Of a stretch of DNA of 64,000 nucleotides, positions 1-11,630 are shown in pieces; the stretch's first letter is position 1, and the number at the start of each line of letters is the position of its first letter. The stretch comes from Octopus sinensis (lineage: Eukaryota): the NCBI RefSeq assembly GCF_006345805.1, contig NC_043011.1, positions 11,966,001 through 12,030,000 of the forward strand. The letters are read 5' to 3'. The notes under the pieces are model-generated. The model had not been told where the DNA came from, made no database searches, and was given only the letters and a program-made list of their open reading frames with translations. The translations under genes were made by a program, and so were the position numbers.

Positions 1-8
1 TTTCGTAA

Positions 9-141
9 CCGTTAAGATTACAGGGCAATTCATGCTGTTGATCTTGAAAGAGGCATCGCTTTATATTTATATAAAGTTAACAAATATAAAGCGATGCCTC
101 TTTCAAGATCAACAGCATGAATTGCCCTGTAATCTTAACGG
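9..141. repeat. Perfect inverted repeat (60-bp arms, 13-nt loop)
   Basis: 9-68 is the exact reverse complement of 82-141. Confidence 0.95.
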
Positions 142-210
142 AGCAATTAAAAAATGTAATCCAAAAAGAAAATGTATATTGCTCAGTAGCTTTGGATTCC
201 ACAGACTCAG

Positions 211-553
211 AGGATTCGTTGGACACAGTGTGAGACGACTGTTGTTATCGCTAGGCCTAACTCATCGTAAAGTCAATACCACCATGACCGATATCCAATC
301 TGCAGTGGAGAAGGCTAGCCACTGGATTTGGTTAAAAAGAGACGATGAGCGATGGCTAGAAGGATATTGAACTTTATTTGATAACAAGCTGATCTAGCAA
401 GCAGGGCCTCATATCAGTGCGCATTGATGCCGTCGAGAGGTAGGCCCCGAAACGGCGCGCATTCTCTCCTGATGACCCCATACACTTGCTGGCTTCCGGT
501 ATGCGGAGTTTTTGATTGGTAGAACTTGTAGGTGCAAGTTGTTCGCAAGACAT
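211..553 (+). mobile_element. 5'-truncated HERO-like (restriction-like endonuclease) LINE, 3' end
   Basis: Encodes RGFVGHSVRRLLLSLG...AVEKASHWIWLKR, resembling the C-terminus of HERO/R2-group ORFs. Flanked by the direct repeat ctcagtagctttggattccacaga(c/t)tcag at 182-210 and 554-582. Confidence 0.7.
416..483 (+). ncRNA. Hammerhead-like motif with non-standard strand order in the HERO 3' UTR
   Basis: GCCGT-C-GAGAG (429-439), GAAA-CGGC (449-456) and CTCTC-CTGATGA (464-475): stems I and III pair perfectly; stem II is weak. Confidence 0.45.
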
Positions 554-750
554 CTCAGTAGCTTTGGATTCCACAGATTCAGCACAAGTATTGTATTTTA
601 TTTGTACTATAACTGATGATTTTCAATTATATGAAGAATTATTTGCTTTAGGCACCCTTAAGGGAAGGACACGGGAGATATTTTTAACAACTTCAAAGAG
701 TAACGTCATAAAGTATGTGGCGAAAGAGTCAGCAGAAGTTTCGCCATTAC

Positions 751-1020
751 CCGTATGAATATGTCCCTCGTTTAAGAAACAGATTGGGTTTATTTACATT
801 TGTGAAGAAAAAAAAGATACCCTTCCCCCACCCTTAACCCTAACCCTAACCATAACCCTAACTAACCCTAACTCTAACCCTAACCCTAAAACAGATTGAA
901 ATGCAATAGATCGATACTAGGGTCATAATTATGGGTGACAACGGCAGACGAATTACGGCTACGCATTTCGCCCGGCGTGCTAACGTATAGGCACAAAGCC
1001 TGAAATTTGGTCGAGGAGTA
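751..1020 (+). repeat. Partial telomeric-repeat MITE fused to SINE fragments; near-identical to 11443-11709
   Basis: Same CCCTAA array pattern and same ggtgacaa|cggcagacg junction in both copies. Confidence 0.8.
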
Positions 1021-1234
1021 TTTGGTCGAGGAGATAAGAGGGAGAGAAACAGGCAAAGAGGAAGACAGACAGGAAGGAAGGAAAGGTCAAGCAAAGGATT
1101 ATAGAGTTCGCGTCTTAATTATATATAAAAACTTACTTGGAGAAAAGAAAAGAAACGAAACGACGCGATGGCGCTCAGTCATACAATAATGTAATAAATA
1201 AAATATATGTATACATACATATATGTACTATATG

Positions 1235-1385
<151 letters not shown>

Positions 1386-1570
1386 GTGAGAATTCACAAA
1401 AAAAAAACAAAAGACGAAGACAGATGGTGTAGACAACAAACAGATGTATTACTATAACGCTCAGGAAGTGGAAAAAGTATTTAACGTTTCGAGCCTACGC
1501 TCTTCCACAGAAAGGAACACAGAAAGAAACAAGGAGAGAAAATAAAGAATGTGTAGTGGCTAGCGATCTA
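1386..1570 (-). mobile_element. Penelope-like pLTR-derived element with variant hammerhead
   Basis: Minus strand cttt-CTGTGGA-A-GAGC-gtag-GCTC-GAAACGTT. Homologous to 15693-16040 and 33421-33621; embedded in a microsatellite. Confidence 0.6.
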
Positions 1571-1598
1571 TACATACATACATACATACATACATACA

Positions 1599-1629
<31 letters not shown>

Positions 1630-1632
1630 GTA

Positions 1633-1665
<33 letters not shown>

Positions 1666-1669
<4 letters not shown>

Positions 1670-1957
1670 AGGTGCAATGGCCCAGTGGACTCACGGTTGT
1701 AGGATCGCGGTTTCGATTCCCAGACCGGGCGTTGTGAGTGTTTATTGAGCGAAAACACCTAAAGCTCCACGAGGCTCCGGCAGGGGGTGGTGGCGATCCC
1801 TGCTGTACTCTTTCGCCGCAACTTTCTCTCACTCTTTCTTCTGTTGGCCTGTTCGCTTAGCCAGCGGGGTGGCGTCATTTGAAGGCTAAAACGATGCGAA
1901 ACGCATTGTGACCAGCGATGTGTAGCAACATCTGATAGCCTGGTCGGTCACGGTGAC
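1666..1957 (+). mobile_element. tRNA-derived SINE (head shared with family B, different tail)
   Basis: A/B-box-like head; body matches 5717-5900; distinct 3' tail ending ggtcggtcacggtgac. Confidence 0.75.
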
Positions 1958-2039
1958 ATACATATGTGTGTAGGTATGTATATACGTGAGTATATATATA
2001 TGTATGTATTTATGTATGTATGTATGCATGTATGTATAA

Positions 2040-2320
2040 TTAAAACAACGAAGAAAAAAGACAAGAAAAAACAACAACTTGAGGACGTAACGCATACAAA
2101 GTATTAAAAAGACGCTCAGAGAAGGGAACAGTGGTTGTTTTGCGTTTCGAGCATAGATCTTTTTCGGAAACAGGAGACATAAGAAAGTCCAAAAGAAAAG
2201 GGAGAAGGAGGAGAAAACTTGCCAACAGTCCACGTGTAGTTACATTTTTGAAATGACCGGAAGTAGATGGACAAAAGGAAAGTGCTTTCTGGGACATGAG
2301 TGTGAAAAACGGTCGGTATC
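2040..2320 (-). mobile_element. Degenerate Penelope-like pLTR-derived element
   Basis: Minus strand gttt-CCGAAAA-agatctatgctc-GAAACGCA-aaac (2137-2171); related to the element at 20520-20780. Confidence 0.45.
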
Positions 2321-3500
2321 TTTGTGTATGTATGTGTGTAATGTGAGTGCATGCGTGTATGTGTGGTGACATGTGTGTGTGTAATAGCGTGTATGTATGG
2401 TAGCGTATGTGTGTGTGACAGTAACTGAGTGTGTATGTATGTGTGCATGTGGTGGTGGTATGTGTGTGTGATAGAGTGTATGTGTATGTGTATGGTAGCG
2501 TGTATGTTGCAGTAACTGAGTGTGTGTGTGCTTGTGCATGGTAGCGTATGTATGTGTGTGGTGGTAACTGTGTGCGTGGTATTAACTGTGTATCTGTGTA
2601 GTAAACTGTTTCCATGTGTTTGTGTTGTATGAATGGTCTGTTTGTGCGTGTTCTTGTCGTAGTGAGAGATCAGCAGCTATGGGTGGTTGTGGCAGTGTGT
2701 GTGTGTGTGTGTGAGTGTATGAGGGTTTTGCACGTGTGCGTAGATGGGATGGTCAGTAGTGAGTCGAGGGGCAGTTTGAAGGGTGTGTGAATGGGTGGGT
2801 ATGGGTGTGTGCGTGTGTGTTTCTTAGCATGTGTATGTAGACGGAGTGGGGAACTTGTATATGTGTGTGTGTGTCACTCTGTGTGTCTGTCTGTCTGTCT
2901 CTCTCTCTCTCTATCTCTCTCTCTCTTTCTCTCTCTCTCTTTCTCTCTCTCTCTTTCTCTCTCTCTCTTTCTCTCTCTCTCTTTTTCTCTCTCTCTTTCT
3001 CTCTCTCCATCTCTCTCTCTCTGTATATGTATGTGTGTTCATGTGTGCGTATGGGGATGTGTGTGTGCATGTGCGTGTGAGTAAGTGTGGAAATTATGTG
3101 CGTGTGTGTACGTATGTATATGCATGTATGTGCGTTGTGTGTGTGTGCAGGTATATGTGCGTTCATGTATATGTGCGTGCGTGTGTGTGTGCCTGCGTGC
3201 GTGTGTGTGTGCACGTACGTGGGAAGAATGAGGTGGGGTGTGGATGTGTTGTCTGAAGGGTGTGTGTGTGTGTGTGCGTGTGTGTGTATCACACTCTGTC
3301 TCTCTCTCTCACACTGCGGGTGTGTGGAAGTGTATGTACGTACGTGTATATGTGTGTATGTGTGTGCCTATGTTGTGTGAGTGTATGTGGAGGGTTGTGT
3401 GCGTTTGAGTGCATGTGCGCGTGTGTGTGTGCATGTGTGTGTGTGTGTGTGCGTGCGTGAGAGGGAAAAAGGGTAGTAAATGATGTGTGGTGTGTGGTAT
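2320..3500. repeat. Degenerate (TG)n and (CT)n low-complexity region
   Basis: Directly visible; accounts for the spurious His/Thr, Cys/Val and Leu/Ser ORFs. Confidence 0.9.
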
Positions 3501-3799
3501 ACAATTATCTTATAATAATTCTATTTGTCCTTGCGTTACTTAGTCCGTCGGTAATGCCTCCACGTGATTAGAGAAAAAAAGGGATAAAGAAAAGTGGAAG
3601 GGAGAAAAAGAGGGAGAAAGAAGCGTCCATGACGTGAGGTAGAGGGAATGTAATTGTAACGCTTTCACGTTCAGTTGAAGTGAAAGAGAGGAGAAAGAAA
3701 AAAAAGAGAGAAAAGAGGATAAGGCGAAGAATGAGACAGAGAAGAGAAAAAAATAGGGAGAGAGAAGGTTCCATGACGTAAGGTAAGGAGAACTAATAT

Positions 3800-4407
3800 C
3801 TATTACGTGGTTTAAAAAGTTAGTTAAAGATAGAGGAGAGTTAAAAATATAATTTTAGCAGAGGGGTGATGTTCTGATGGTGAGCTTAAATAAAGGCACA
3901 GAGAGAGGGGAAGAAAGGGAGAGAGGAGAGAGAGAAGGGAGAGAGGGTGGTGGTGGTGGTGGTGATTGGATAGTGAAAAATGTATTTTTTTTTAAATTGA
4001 GCTGTTTTTATATCACTTATCACTTTACGCACGCGCATAAGCGCAATTCCGTGAAATATTCACGCTTATTTACGTGGCAGATATATGCAATTTAACTAAA
4101 GGTGGTATCATATGTACGGGATTTTTTTTCTTTTGTTTATGGGGAAAATGGAAAAATAAGAGTAAATATTTATTTTATGGGTGCTGTGTATTAAGTCTAT
4201 AAAATTGTGAGTATATAAAGTATATCTATAAAGTGCATTAATTATCGTGGTCCAGTCACTTTCACTCTTCAATGAGTTGCAGATGAACGACTACCTTTCT
4301 ATACAGACACAACACAGGCTTCGCTTTCAGATTTTTTGGTTAAAGTTTTCGGAAATAACCCAATCAGTTTGTCGTTGATTCCGTGAGATATTCACGGGTC
4401 CCGCTAG
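3800..4407 (+). mobile_element. Helitron-like non-autonomous element (3' end clear, 5' end uncertain)
   Basis: Terminal hairpin CCGTGA-gatat-TCACGG followed by CTAG|T at 4404-4408. Confidence 0.45.
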
Positions 4408-4618
4408 TTATTAGTTGTCACTCGTCATCACTTCTTCATTTAATACAGATATATATATTCATACAGATAGATATGTTTCTTTAATAGCCACACAGGGCTG
4501 CACACAGACGGGACAGATTACAAAGTAGAGCTTTTCTTGGGGGGGGGTCGATCAAAAGGGATCGTAAAAGGGAAGAAGAAGAAAAAGGAAAAAAGGAAAA
4601 GAAACAAAAGAAAAAAAT

Positions 4619-4619
<1 letters not shown>

Positions 4620-4712
<93 letters not shown>
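4620..4712. repeat. (GATA)n microsatellite
   Basis: Directly visible. Confidence 0.95.
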
Positions 4713-4713
<1 letters not shown>

Positions 4714-4943
4714 TAAAATTTATGACGTTTCATAATGATCGTCGATCTTGTTAAATGTTTTCCAACCGCATGATCGTTTTTACCTCACAAGTTTTGGTAA
4801 ACAATGCGAGCGCGCGTGTCTGCGTGAACATGGCTGTGTGGTTTGGAAGTTCGCTTCACAGGCATATAGTTTGGGGTTCGATCTCAGTGCCTGAAACCTT
4901 AGATAAGTATCTTCAACTATAGTTTGCAGAAGCCCATTGTACG

Positions 4944-4991
<48 letters not shown>

Positions 4992-5079
4992 TACATACAT
5001 ACACACATACATACATACATACATACATACATACATACATACATACATACATACATACATACATACATACATACATACA

Positions 5080-5634
5080 TGGTGGCTGCCCCCTCGTTAT
5101 CGAGTATGGCCATTGCACGAAGCTTAATCAATGTTGTTATCATGCAATGCCTGTGCAAGAAGATATTTTTTTTAAGTGAGGAAAGGCTGTGCACTGAGTC
5201 AATCCCACTCACTAAGCAACAGTAGCCATAATCCAAAAAGAAGAACAAGTCAACATCATTGGTAACCACTGAGCCGCAGGTTTTATGTCGGAGTTATCCG
5301 AGTTACCTGAGTTACCTTCTCCTAGAAGGATGCCCTAACAAAGGCTATAGGAGTCCTTCACTCCCAATGGTTTAACCACGCGATCGGGTATTCAGTCCGA
5401 TTATTTCTGTCCCCGCACATGATACAGCCTTAAGACATTTATTGGATGGCCATTGACTCTCAAGAGTTCCTCCGCCCTTTGACGGGTTTTGTTTTTCATC
5501 CCGCAGGTTGTCCAATAAACACCCTCCTCACGAAGCAAGCTTGGTGGGGTTGCCGGTTTAGTCGCCGACGACCCGACGATGCAACAGGTTGTACTGGGTT
5601 ACATGTTACCAGTAGCACTCGAAAGTGACCTGAC
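5080..5634 (-). mobile_element. Non-autonomous RTE-like retroelement inserted in (TACA)n
   Basis: (TACA)n on both sides. Minus strand has an RTE-type 5'-region motif (ccttgttagggcatccttctaggagaaggtaactc) and an RTE-like tail (ggccatactcgataacgaggggcagcc). Confidence 0.5.
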
Positions 5635-5716
5635 ATACATACATACATACATACATACATACATACATACATACGTATATAAAAATTTTTAATCCCCACT
5701 CCACTACTCCACCAAT

Positions 5717-6025
5717 GTGGAGGCATATGGCCTAGTGGTTAGAGCAGCGGACTCGCGGTCGAGGGATCGCGGTTTCGAATCTCAGACCGGGCGATGTGTG
5801 TGTTTATGAGCGAAAACACCTAAGCTCCACGCGGCTTCGGCAGAAGGTAATGGCGAACTTCTGCTGACTCTTTCGCCACAACTTTCTCTCACTCTTTCCT
5901 CCTGTATCTTGCAGCTCACCTGCGACGGACCGGCGTCCCGTCCAGGTGGGAAACCTACACGCCAAAGAAACCGGGAGACCGGCCCTTATGAACCAGGCAT
6001 GGCTCGAGAGGGAGCAAACAAAAAA
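5717..6025 (+). mobile_element. tRNA(Arg)-like SINE family B with V-domain-like segment
   Basis: Head tggcctagtggttagagcagcggactcg...ggtttcgaatc; segment cctgcgacggaccggcgtcccgtccagg; further copies at 36591 and 45870. Confidence 0.85.
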
Positions 6026-6429
6026 CACTCCACCAATACTTGGGTGAAGTGATTGCATACTGGAATCGAAATAATGCAACAGATTCGGTTTACGACTTTT
6101 TTTTTAAACAACAGAATTATTGATACAGTCGACTAAATGCAGGTAGTTTATAAGTATATACGTGATTGAACATTTCAGCTGGGAAATCTGAAACTTCCGG
6201 GACCAACTACAAACGGGGACTTCGTTTGACTATCTATTATTTGCATTTATTTAACTATAGTATACTATATTGCATGGGTTAAGAAACATTACTGCGAAAT
6301 TTAAACTCGGAAATATCTATATTGCATTTAGGTCAGCGTTCTGCTGAAATTTTTCATTTCAATGTCTTTGAAAAATAAATTTTACAAAAAATATGAAAAC
6401 ACGTTAGCAGTAAAAACACGTGCATACAT

Positions 6430-6518
<89 letters not shown>

Positions 6519-6939
6519 CATCATCAGATGTATTAAATATCCGAATATATGTCGTTTTAAATAGGAACCACAGAGAAATTACAAACACAAGAAACAAGAA
6601 CAGGAATTTTTAACGTGTAAAGAATGTACGTGAAGTGAGGGAAACCATATTTTGCGAAAAATCTAAGGTTTAGAGCAGAAAAAAGAAGGCTTTGAGAGGC
6701 GCTCTTTTACTCATTCGTTGAAAGATAAGTTTGTCAATTTCCAGTCAACGAGCTTTCATATAATGGTCGTTAATGGTGTCGAGAATGAATGTAAAACTAA
6801 CAGAAAAATATATCCTCACAGATGTTTCAGAGATTCACTAAATGCCTTTATTTTGAAATTTTGCCAGTTGTGACTTCATTGTTTTTCCTTAAGATATGAG
6901 TTACAAGAAAAGAAGAATGTAAGAAGAAAGAAACGAGAT

Positions 6940-7140
6940 CTCTTTTACTTGTTTCAGTCATTTGACTGCGGCCATGCTGGAGCACCGCCTTTAGTCGAGC
7001 AACTCGACCCCGGGACTTATTCTTTGTAAGCCCAGTACTTATTCTATCTGTGTCTTTTGCCGAACCGCTAAGTGACGGGGACGTAAACACACCAGCATCG
7101 GTTGTCAAGCAATGCTAGGAGGACAAACACAGACACAGAA

Positions 7141-7186
<46 letters not shown>

Positions 7187-7188
7187 AA

Positions 7189-7222
<34 letters not shown>

Positions 7223-7395
7223 TCACATATACGACGGGCTTCTTTCAGTTTCCGTCTACTAAATCCACTCACAAGGCTTTGGCCGGCCCGAGGCTATAGT
7301 AGAAGACACTTGCCCAGGGTGCCACGCAGTGGGACTGAACCCGGAACCATGTGGTTGGTAAGCAAGTTACTTACCACACAGCCACTCCTGCACCT
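6940..7395 (-). mobile_element. tRNA-derived SINE family A (CORE-like ccttgggcaagtg)
   Basis: Full copy with internal microsatellite and tail gctccagcatggccgcagtcaaatgactgaaacaagtaaaag; more than 15 full or partial copies in the window. Confidence 0.9.
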
Positions 7396-8128
7396 ACGTG
7401 TGGTCTTTAAAATATATTGAAGGAAAAAAGGAATAGAAATGAAAATAAAATGAAAATAAATCGTTTATAAGATGAATAAGATAGGAAAAAGTAGGAGTGG
7501 AAAACTACCTAAGGTACCATAACGTGGATGTTCTGTTAGAACAAACTATACTGTGGTAGATACCACAAGAGACACTCTCATACTGACTTTTGGTGCAAAA
7601 TACATACTTGCTTATACCACTAGCGAGAAGACAAATCCTCCACCACCTCCATCGCCGAGAGCACCAGATCACGTGATTTCGACCTTCCTTGGTCTCGTAA
7701 ATGATGGGCGCTCGACTACTAGAGACAGCAGCGACTCATTTATTTCTCCGCCAGCGATTTATAGAAAAGCAGTGCCAGAACATGCGCTTGTGTCGCGAAG
7801 AAGAAAGGAAAGAAAGATGGAAGACTGCAAAAAGAAAAAGCAAGAACAAAAACAAAAACATCCCAGAAACACGAGGAATTCGTCGTCGGACGACATAAAA
7901 GGAAATACAGCAAATTTTTAAACAGGAATACTTTAAGGGACAGAGTTGTAAGATGCAAACATTTTGTCAGATGACTTTAGACAATAATACCAAGAGGAAA
8001 AAAATCATAGCTGAATGTTGTCCAACGCAAATGTCTTTTTTAAGCAAGAGAATATAGGAGACAGATTGGTACAAAGTTATATGGGATGATGACACGAAAA
8101 TTTCAACTTGGTGGAACAATGGCTTTAA

Positions 8129-8349
8129 CCCTTTTGTTACTAACCTGGCCAAAACCGGCTCTGGCTCTGTGGTAAAATGTCTTGTTTTCATAAGTTTTGA
8201 ATTAAAATATTCCACCAAGCCTTAGTCACAATTTACGTTCCTATCACCAGATTAATGATAACTAAGTTATTTAACTAAATTCTTTGTTATATTTAAAATT
8301 AATTGAAAGAAACACAGAGCATCTCAAAATAAATACAGTAACGAAAGGG
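8129..8349. mobile_element. piggyBac-like MITE
   Basis: TTAA on both sides; TIRs cccttttgttact / agtaacgaaaggg. Confidence 0.8.
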
Positions 8350-8432
8350 TTAAATATGTGAGGCAGAGTGCAAATAAAGAGTTTTTATTTGAATGTTTTA
8401 CAGAAAGACATCATGTCTGTGTACCGTTTGGT

Positions 8433-8518
8433 AAATAGTTTGTTAGTATTTAAAAGTTTGTCCAGTATTGCAATATGTTGCAATACTGGACAAACTTTTA
8501 AATACTAACAAACTATTT
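8433..8518. repeat. Perfect hairpin (41-bp arms, 4-nt loop)
   Basis: 8433-8473 is the reverse complement of 8478-8518. Confidence 0.95.
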
Positions 8519-8559
8519 GGAAACTAGGCTACTCCTTCGATCAGTAATATGTTGCCATA

Positions 8560-8960
8560 TGATTCAAATGAAGCTCTTTGGTGCCTTATGTCATACAGGA
8601 AAATCCAGTATGAAACGGTTGAACCTATAAAAATAAATGTAGGTTTTACACTAGCCAGGAAACAGCACCGAGATTTACTAAATAGGAAATTTTGTGATCA
8701 ACTCCCAAGAGACTGGTTCTGGCCTCCAAACCAACCGAACTCAATTTATTGAAGCTAGGATCAAGGTCTGGTTAAGAATCATAAATCTCGATAAACTAGA
8801 GGGACTTACCGTTTTCATGCCAAGAATCGCTGCGGTAATAAAAGCAAATGTTTTCCTACCAAATATTATTTATAAACTACCGTATAAAGTTAATAAAATT
8901 ATTCCGTTTTATATCGTATTTCAATATATCTCTTATACAGGTTGTTATGTTTTAGTGTAA
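8560..8960 (+). pseudogene. Degenerate Tc1-like transposase C-terminal relic
   Basis: WPPNQPN...IE and MPRIAAVIKAN...TKY motifs across frames. Confidence 0.55.
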
Positions 8961-9125
8961 CAACTACCCTTATGAATGATCAAAACTTTACATCTTAACT
9001 GGTGACTATACCAAACTTAGTTGGTGAAAAGAGTTATATTTTGAAGAACTTGTGAGATGAAGTAACAAAATCCGTCAAAGGGATGATGAACTCAGGAGAC
9101 GCCATGCCATCCAATATTGAGTGTA

Positions 9126-10405
9126 TCAGATAATCCCTTAAGTTCTGTCCGATTTTACCTTTTTTAAAATTGAATGAAATTTAATAGTATTTTAGAATGT
9201 CTAATGGAATTAAAAATTCTTTTTATGTATTTGTGTACATTTAAACTAATTAAATATTATTTAACAGAATAATAATTCTATTATTGATTAAAACCCTGAT
9301 TAAAATATGGAAGTACCCAAAGAGCATTCAAGGCACTTAATGCTTTATGAGTACAAAAAAGGAAACTCTTCAGCCGAAGCGACTCGAAACATACACTCAG
9401 TTTATGAGAAAGAATGCTTGAATGAAAGAACGTGCAGAAGATGGTTTGCAAAATTCAAAAGTGGAGATTTCAGCCTTGAAGATGAAGATCGAACAGGACG
9501 TCCAGTTGAGTTTGATGATAAACTCCTTGAGGCATTACTTGAAGGAAATCCTGCATTATCAGTTGAAGAATTGGCGATAAAGCTTAGTTCAAACCATACA
9601 ACTGTTCATCGTCATCTTCAATAAGTTGGAAAGGTTCCTAAACTTGGAAAATGGGTGCCTCATGAATTATCCGAAAGCAACCGCAAATCCCGAGTTGACA
9701 TCTGCTCTTCTCTCCATTCTCACGAACTCATTTCACCCTTTTTGGATAGACTTGTGACTGGTGACGAAAATGGATCTTCTATCGAAATGTTAAATGTCGT
9801 AAACAGTGGCTTAGTAAAAGGGAAAAAGCTCAACCACAATCGAGAAGGGAACTTCATGGAAAAAAGGTTCTTCTCTCTGTCTTGTGGGATTGCAAAGGAG
9901 TAATTCACTTTGAATTGTTACCACCTAATGCAACAATCAATGTTGAAGTCTTTTGACGGCGATTAGAGCGTTTGACCCAAGCTTTGAAGAAAAAAAAGAC
10001 CCGCTTTAGTGAATCGAAAAGGAGTGATGTTTCATCAGGACAATGCGCAACCCCAAACTGCAAAGATCATATCACAGAAGATCGAAGAGCTTGGTTGGGA
10101 AAAAATTCCTCATCCACCTTATTCTCTTGACCTTGCTCCTTTAGACTACAATTTGTTTTGTAGTTTACAGAATCATTTGGGGAACATAACTTTCGCAAGC
10201 CAGGAGGAGGTCGAAACTTTCAGAGTTCTTCGTTTTGAAACCAAAAGTGTTTTACATTGATGGAGTTAAAAACCTTGTAAATAGATGAAAGGAAGTCATA
10301 GATAATCAGGGAAAGTACATTGATGATTAAATTTCAATTAAATATAACAATTGATCATTTGTTTTCTTTATTCAAAATTTGAACAGAACTTATGGGATGA
10401 CCTGA
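9126..10405 (+). mobile_element. Mariner transposon (D,D34D), inactive copy 1
   Basis: TIRs tcagataatcccttaagttctgtcc / gaacagaacttatgggatgacctga; transposase from 9307 with WVPHEL, TGDE, HQDNA and HPPYS.DLAP.DY motifs; stops and frameshifts. Confidence 0.95.
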
Positions 10406-10964
10406 TTAATTGCAAAATCTTTTTTACTCCTTTCTTGTATTTGAAAAAATATATATAATCGCTTACTCTAGTTCATGTTTTAATTTGAATTTAATTACCT
10501 ATATTAAATAATTAGAATTGAAGAACGATCTCCATGGGAAGAATTTGAAAAGCCAAAGCGGCGAATGGCGGTCTGGCAAATAAATTCATAAATATTTATC
10601 TAAAATACAAAGGATTGCGATTGGTTCCGAGTTTAGTTTTAAAGATTTTTATCATAGATTATTTTACTAATGACATTTTTCGAAACTCTGAGAATTATTA
10701 ACTAACAGCACTTTCTCCTGAGCATTCCCACCACCACCACCACTGCTCGTTTTAGATTGGCTTTTTGACCACAGCCGTCAGAAATTTATTTGAGATCGTT
10801 TTTTCCATTAGTGTTGTTGGTAGTGGCGGTGGTGGTGGCGGTGGTGGTGGAGATTAAGTGAAATAGTGATTGTAGAAGCAAAATCTAACGGTCAGTCATT
10901 TCCCAGCTTCAACAAAAACAACTTGATTCACACGTTGTTTATTTAGATGGATTGGCAGCAACAT

Positions 10965-11225
10965 TTCACTGTTCCACCACTACCACCACTACCACCACAA
11001 CAGCACACTCGGCTCCTCCCCTACTCCGTCTTTGTTACCAAAACACATCAACAACCAAAATGTCAGCAAATTCTTCTTCTTCTACTACTGCTACTACTAT
11101 CAGCACAACCATCATCATAACAACCATCACCACAACAACCATCACCACAACAACCATCACCACAACAACCACTACCATCACTAATCCTACCACAATTTCT
11201 ACTACAATTACTACTAATAATTATA
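10965..11225. repeat. (ACC/ACT/ACA)n trinucleotide low complexity
   Basis: Directly visible. Confidence 0.85.
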
Positions 11226-11226
11226 A

Positions 11227-11630
11227 TCTTTTCGGTTTGAACGGCAGTTTTTAACATAATTTCTAGGTAACTAAATACTTTTAAACTTCGTATACTGGTA
11301 GAATGTGTTTTATAAATTTATTTTTCTCTTGGCTTTATTGAGAAAATTCTATATTTGTAAGATATTTGTTATTTTTTTCCTTCAATTTCTGCAATTTCAA
11401 CCAATCAATGACCGTCTATTGAGGTGAAAACATTCTGTGCAATATGAATATGTCCCTCGTTTAAGAAACAGATTGGGTTTATTTATATTTGTGAAGAAAA
11501 AAAAGATACCCTTCCCCCACCCTTAACCCTAACCCTAACCCTAACCCTAACTAACCCTAACTCTAACCCTAACCCTAAAACAGATTGAAATGCAATAGAT
11601 CGATACTAGGGTCATAATTATGGGTGACAA
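11227..11630 (+). mobile_element. Telomeric-repeat MITE, 3'-truncated
   Basis: Left TIR atcttttcggtttgaacggcagttttt; internal (CCCTAA)n. Confidence 0.85.

Noticed and set aside
831-890. Chromosome end or telomere
   Set aside because: The CCCTAA units are internal to a MITE present several times in the window.
5717-5790. tRNA-Arg gene
   Set aside because: It is a SINE head: no proper acceptor stem or terminator, and it continues into a repeated body.
9307-10330. Functional or domesticated transposase (SETMAR-like)
   Set aside because: In-frame stops and frameshifts; TIRs retained; no fused domain.
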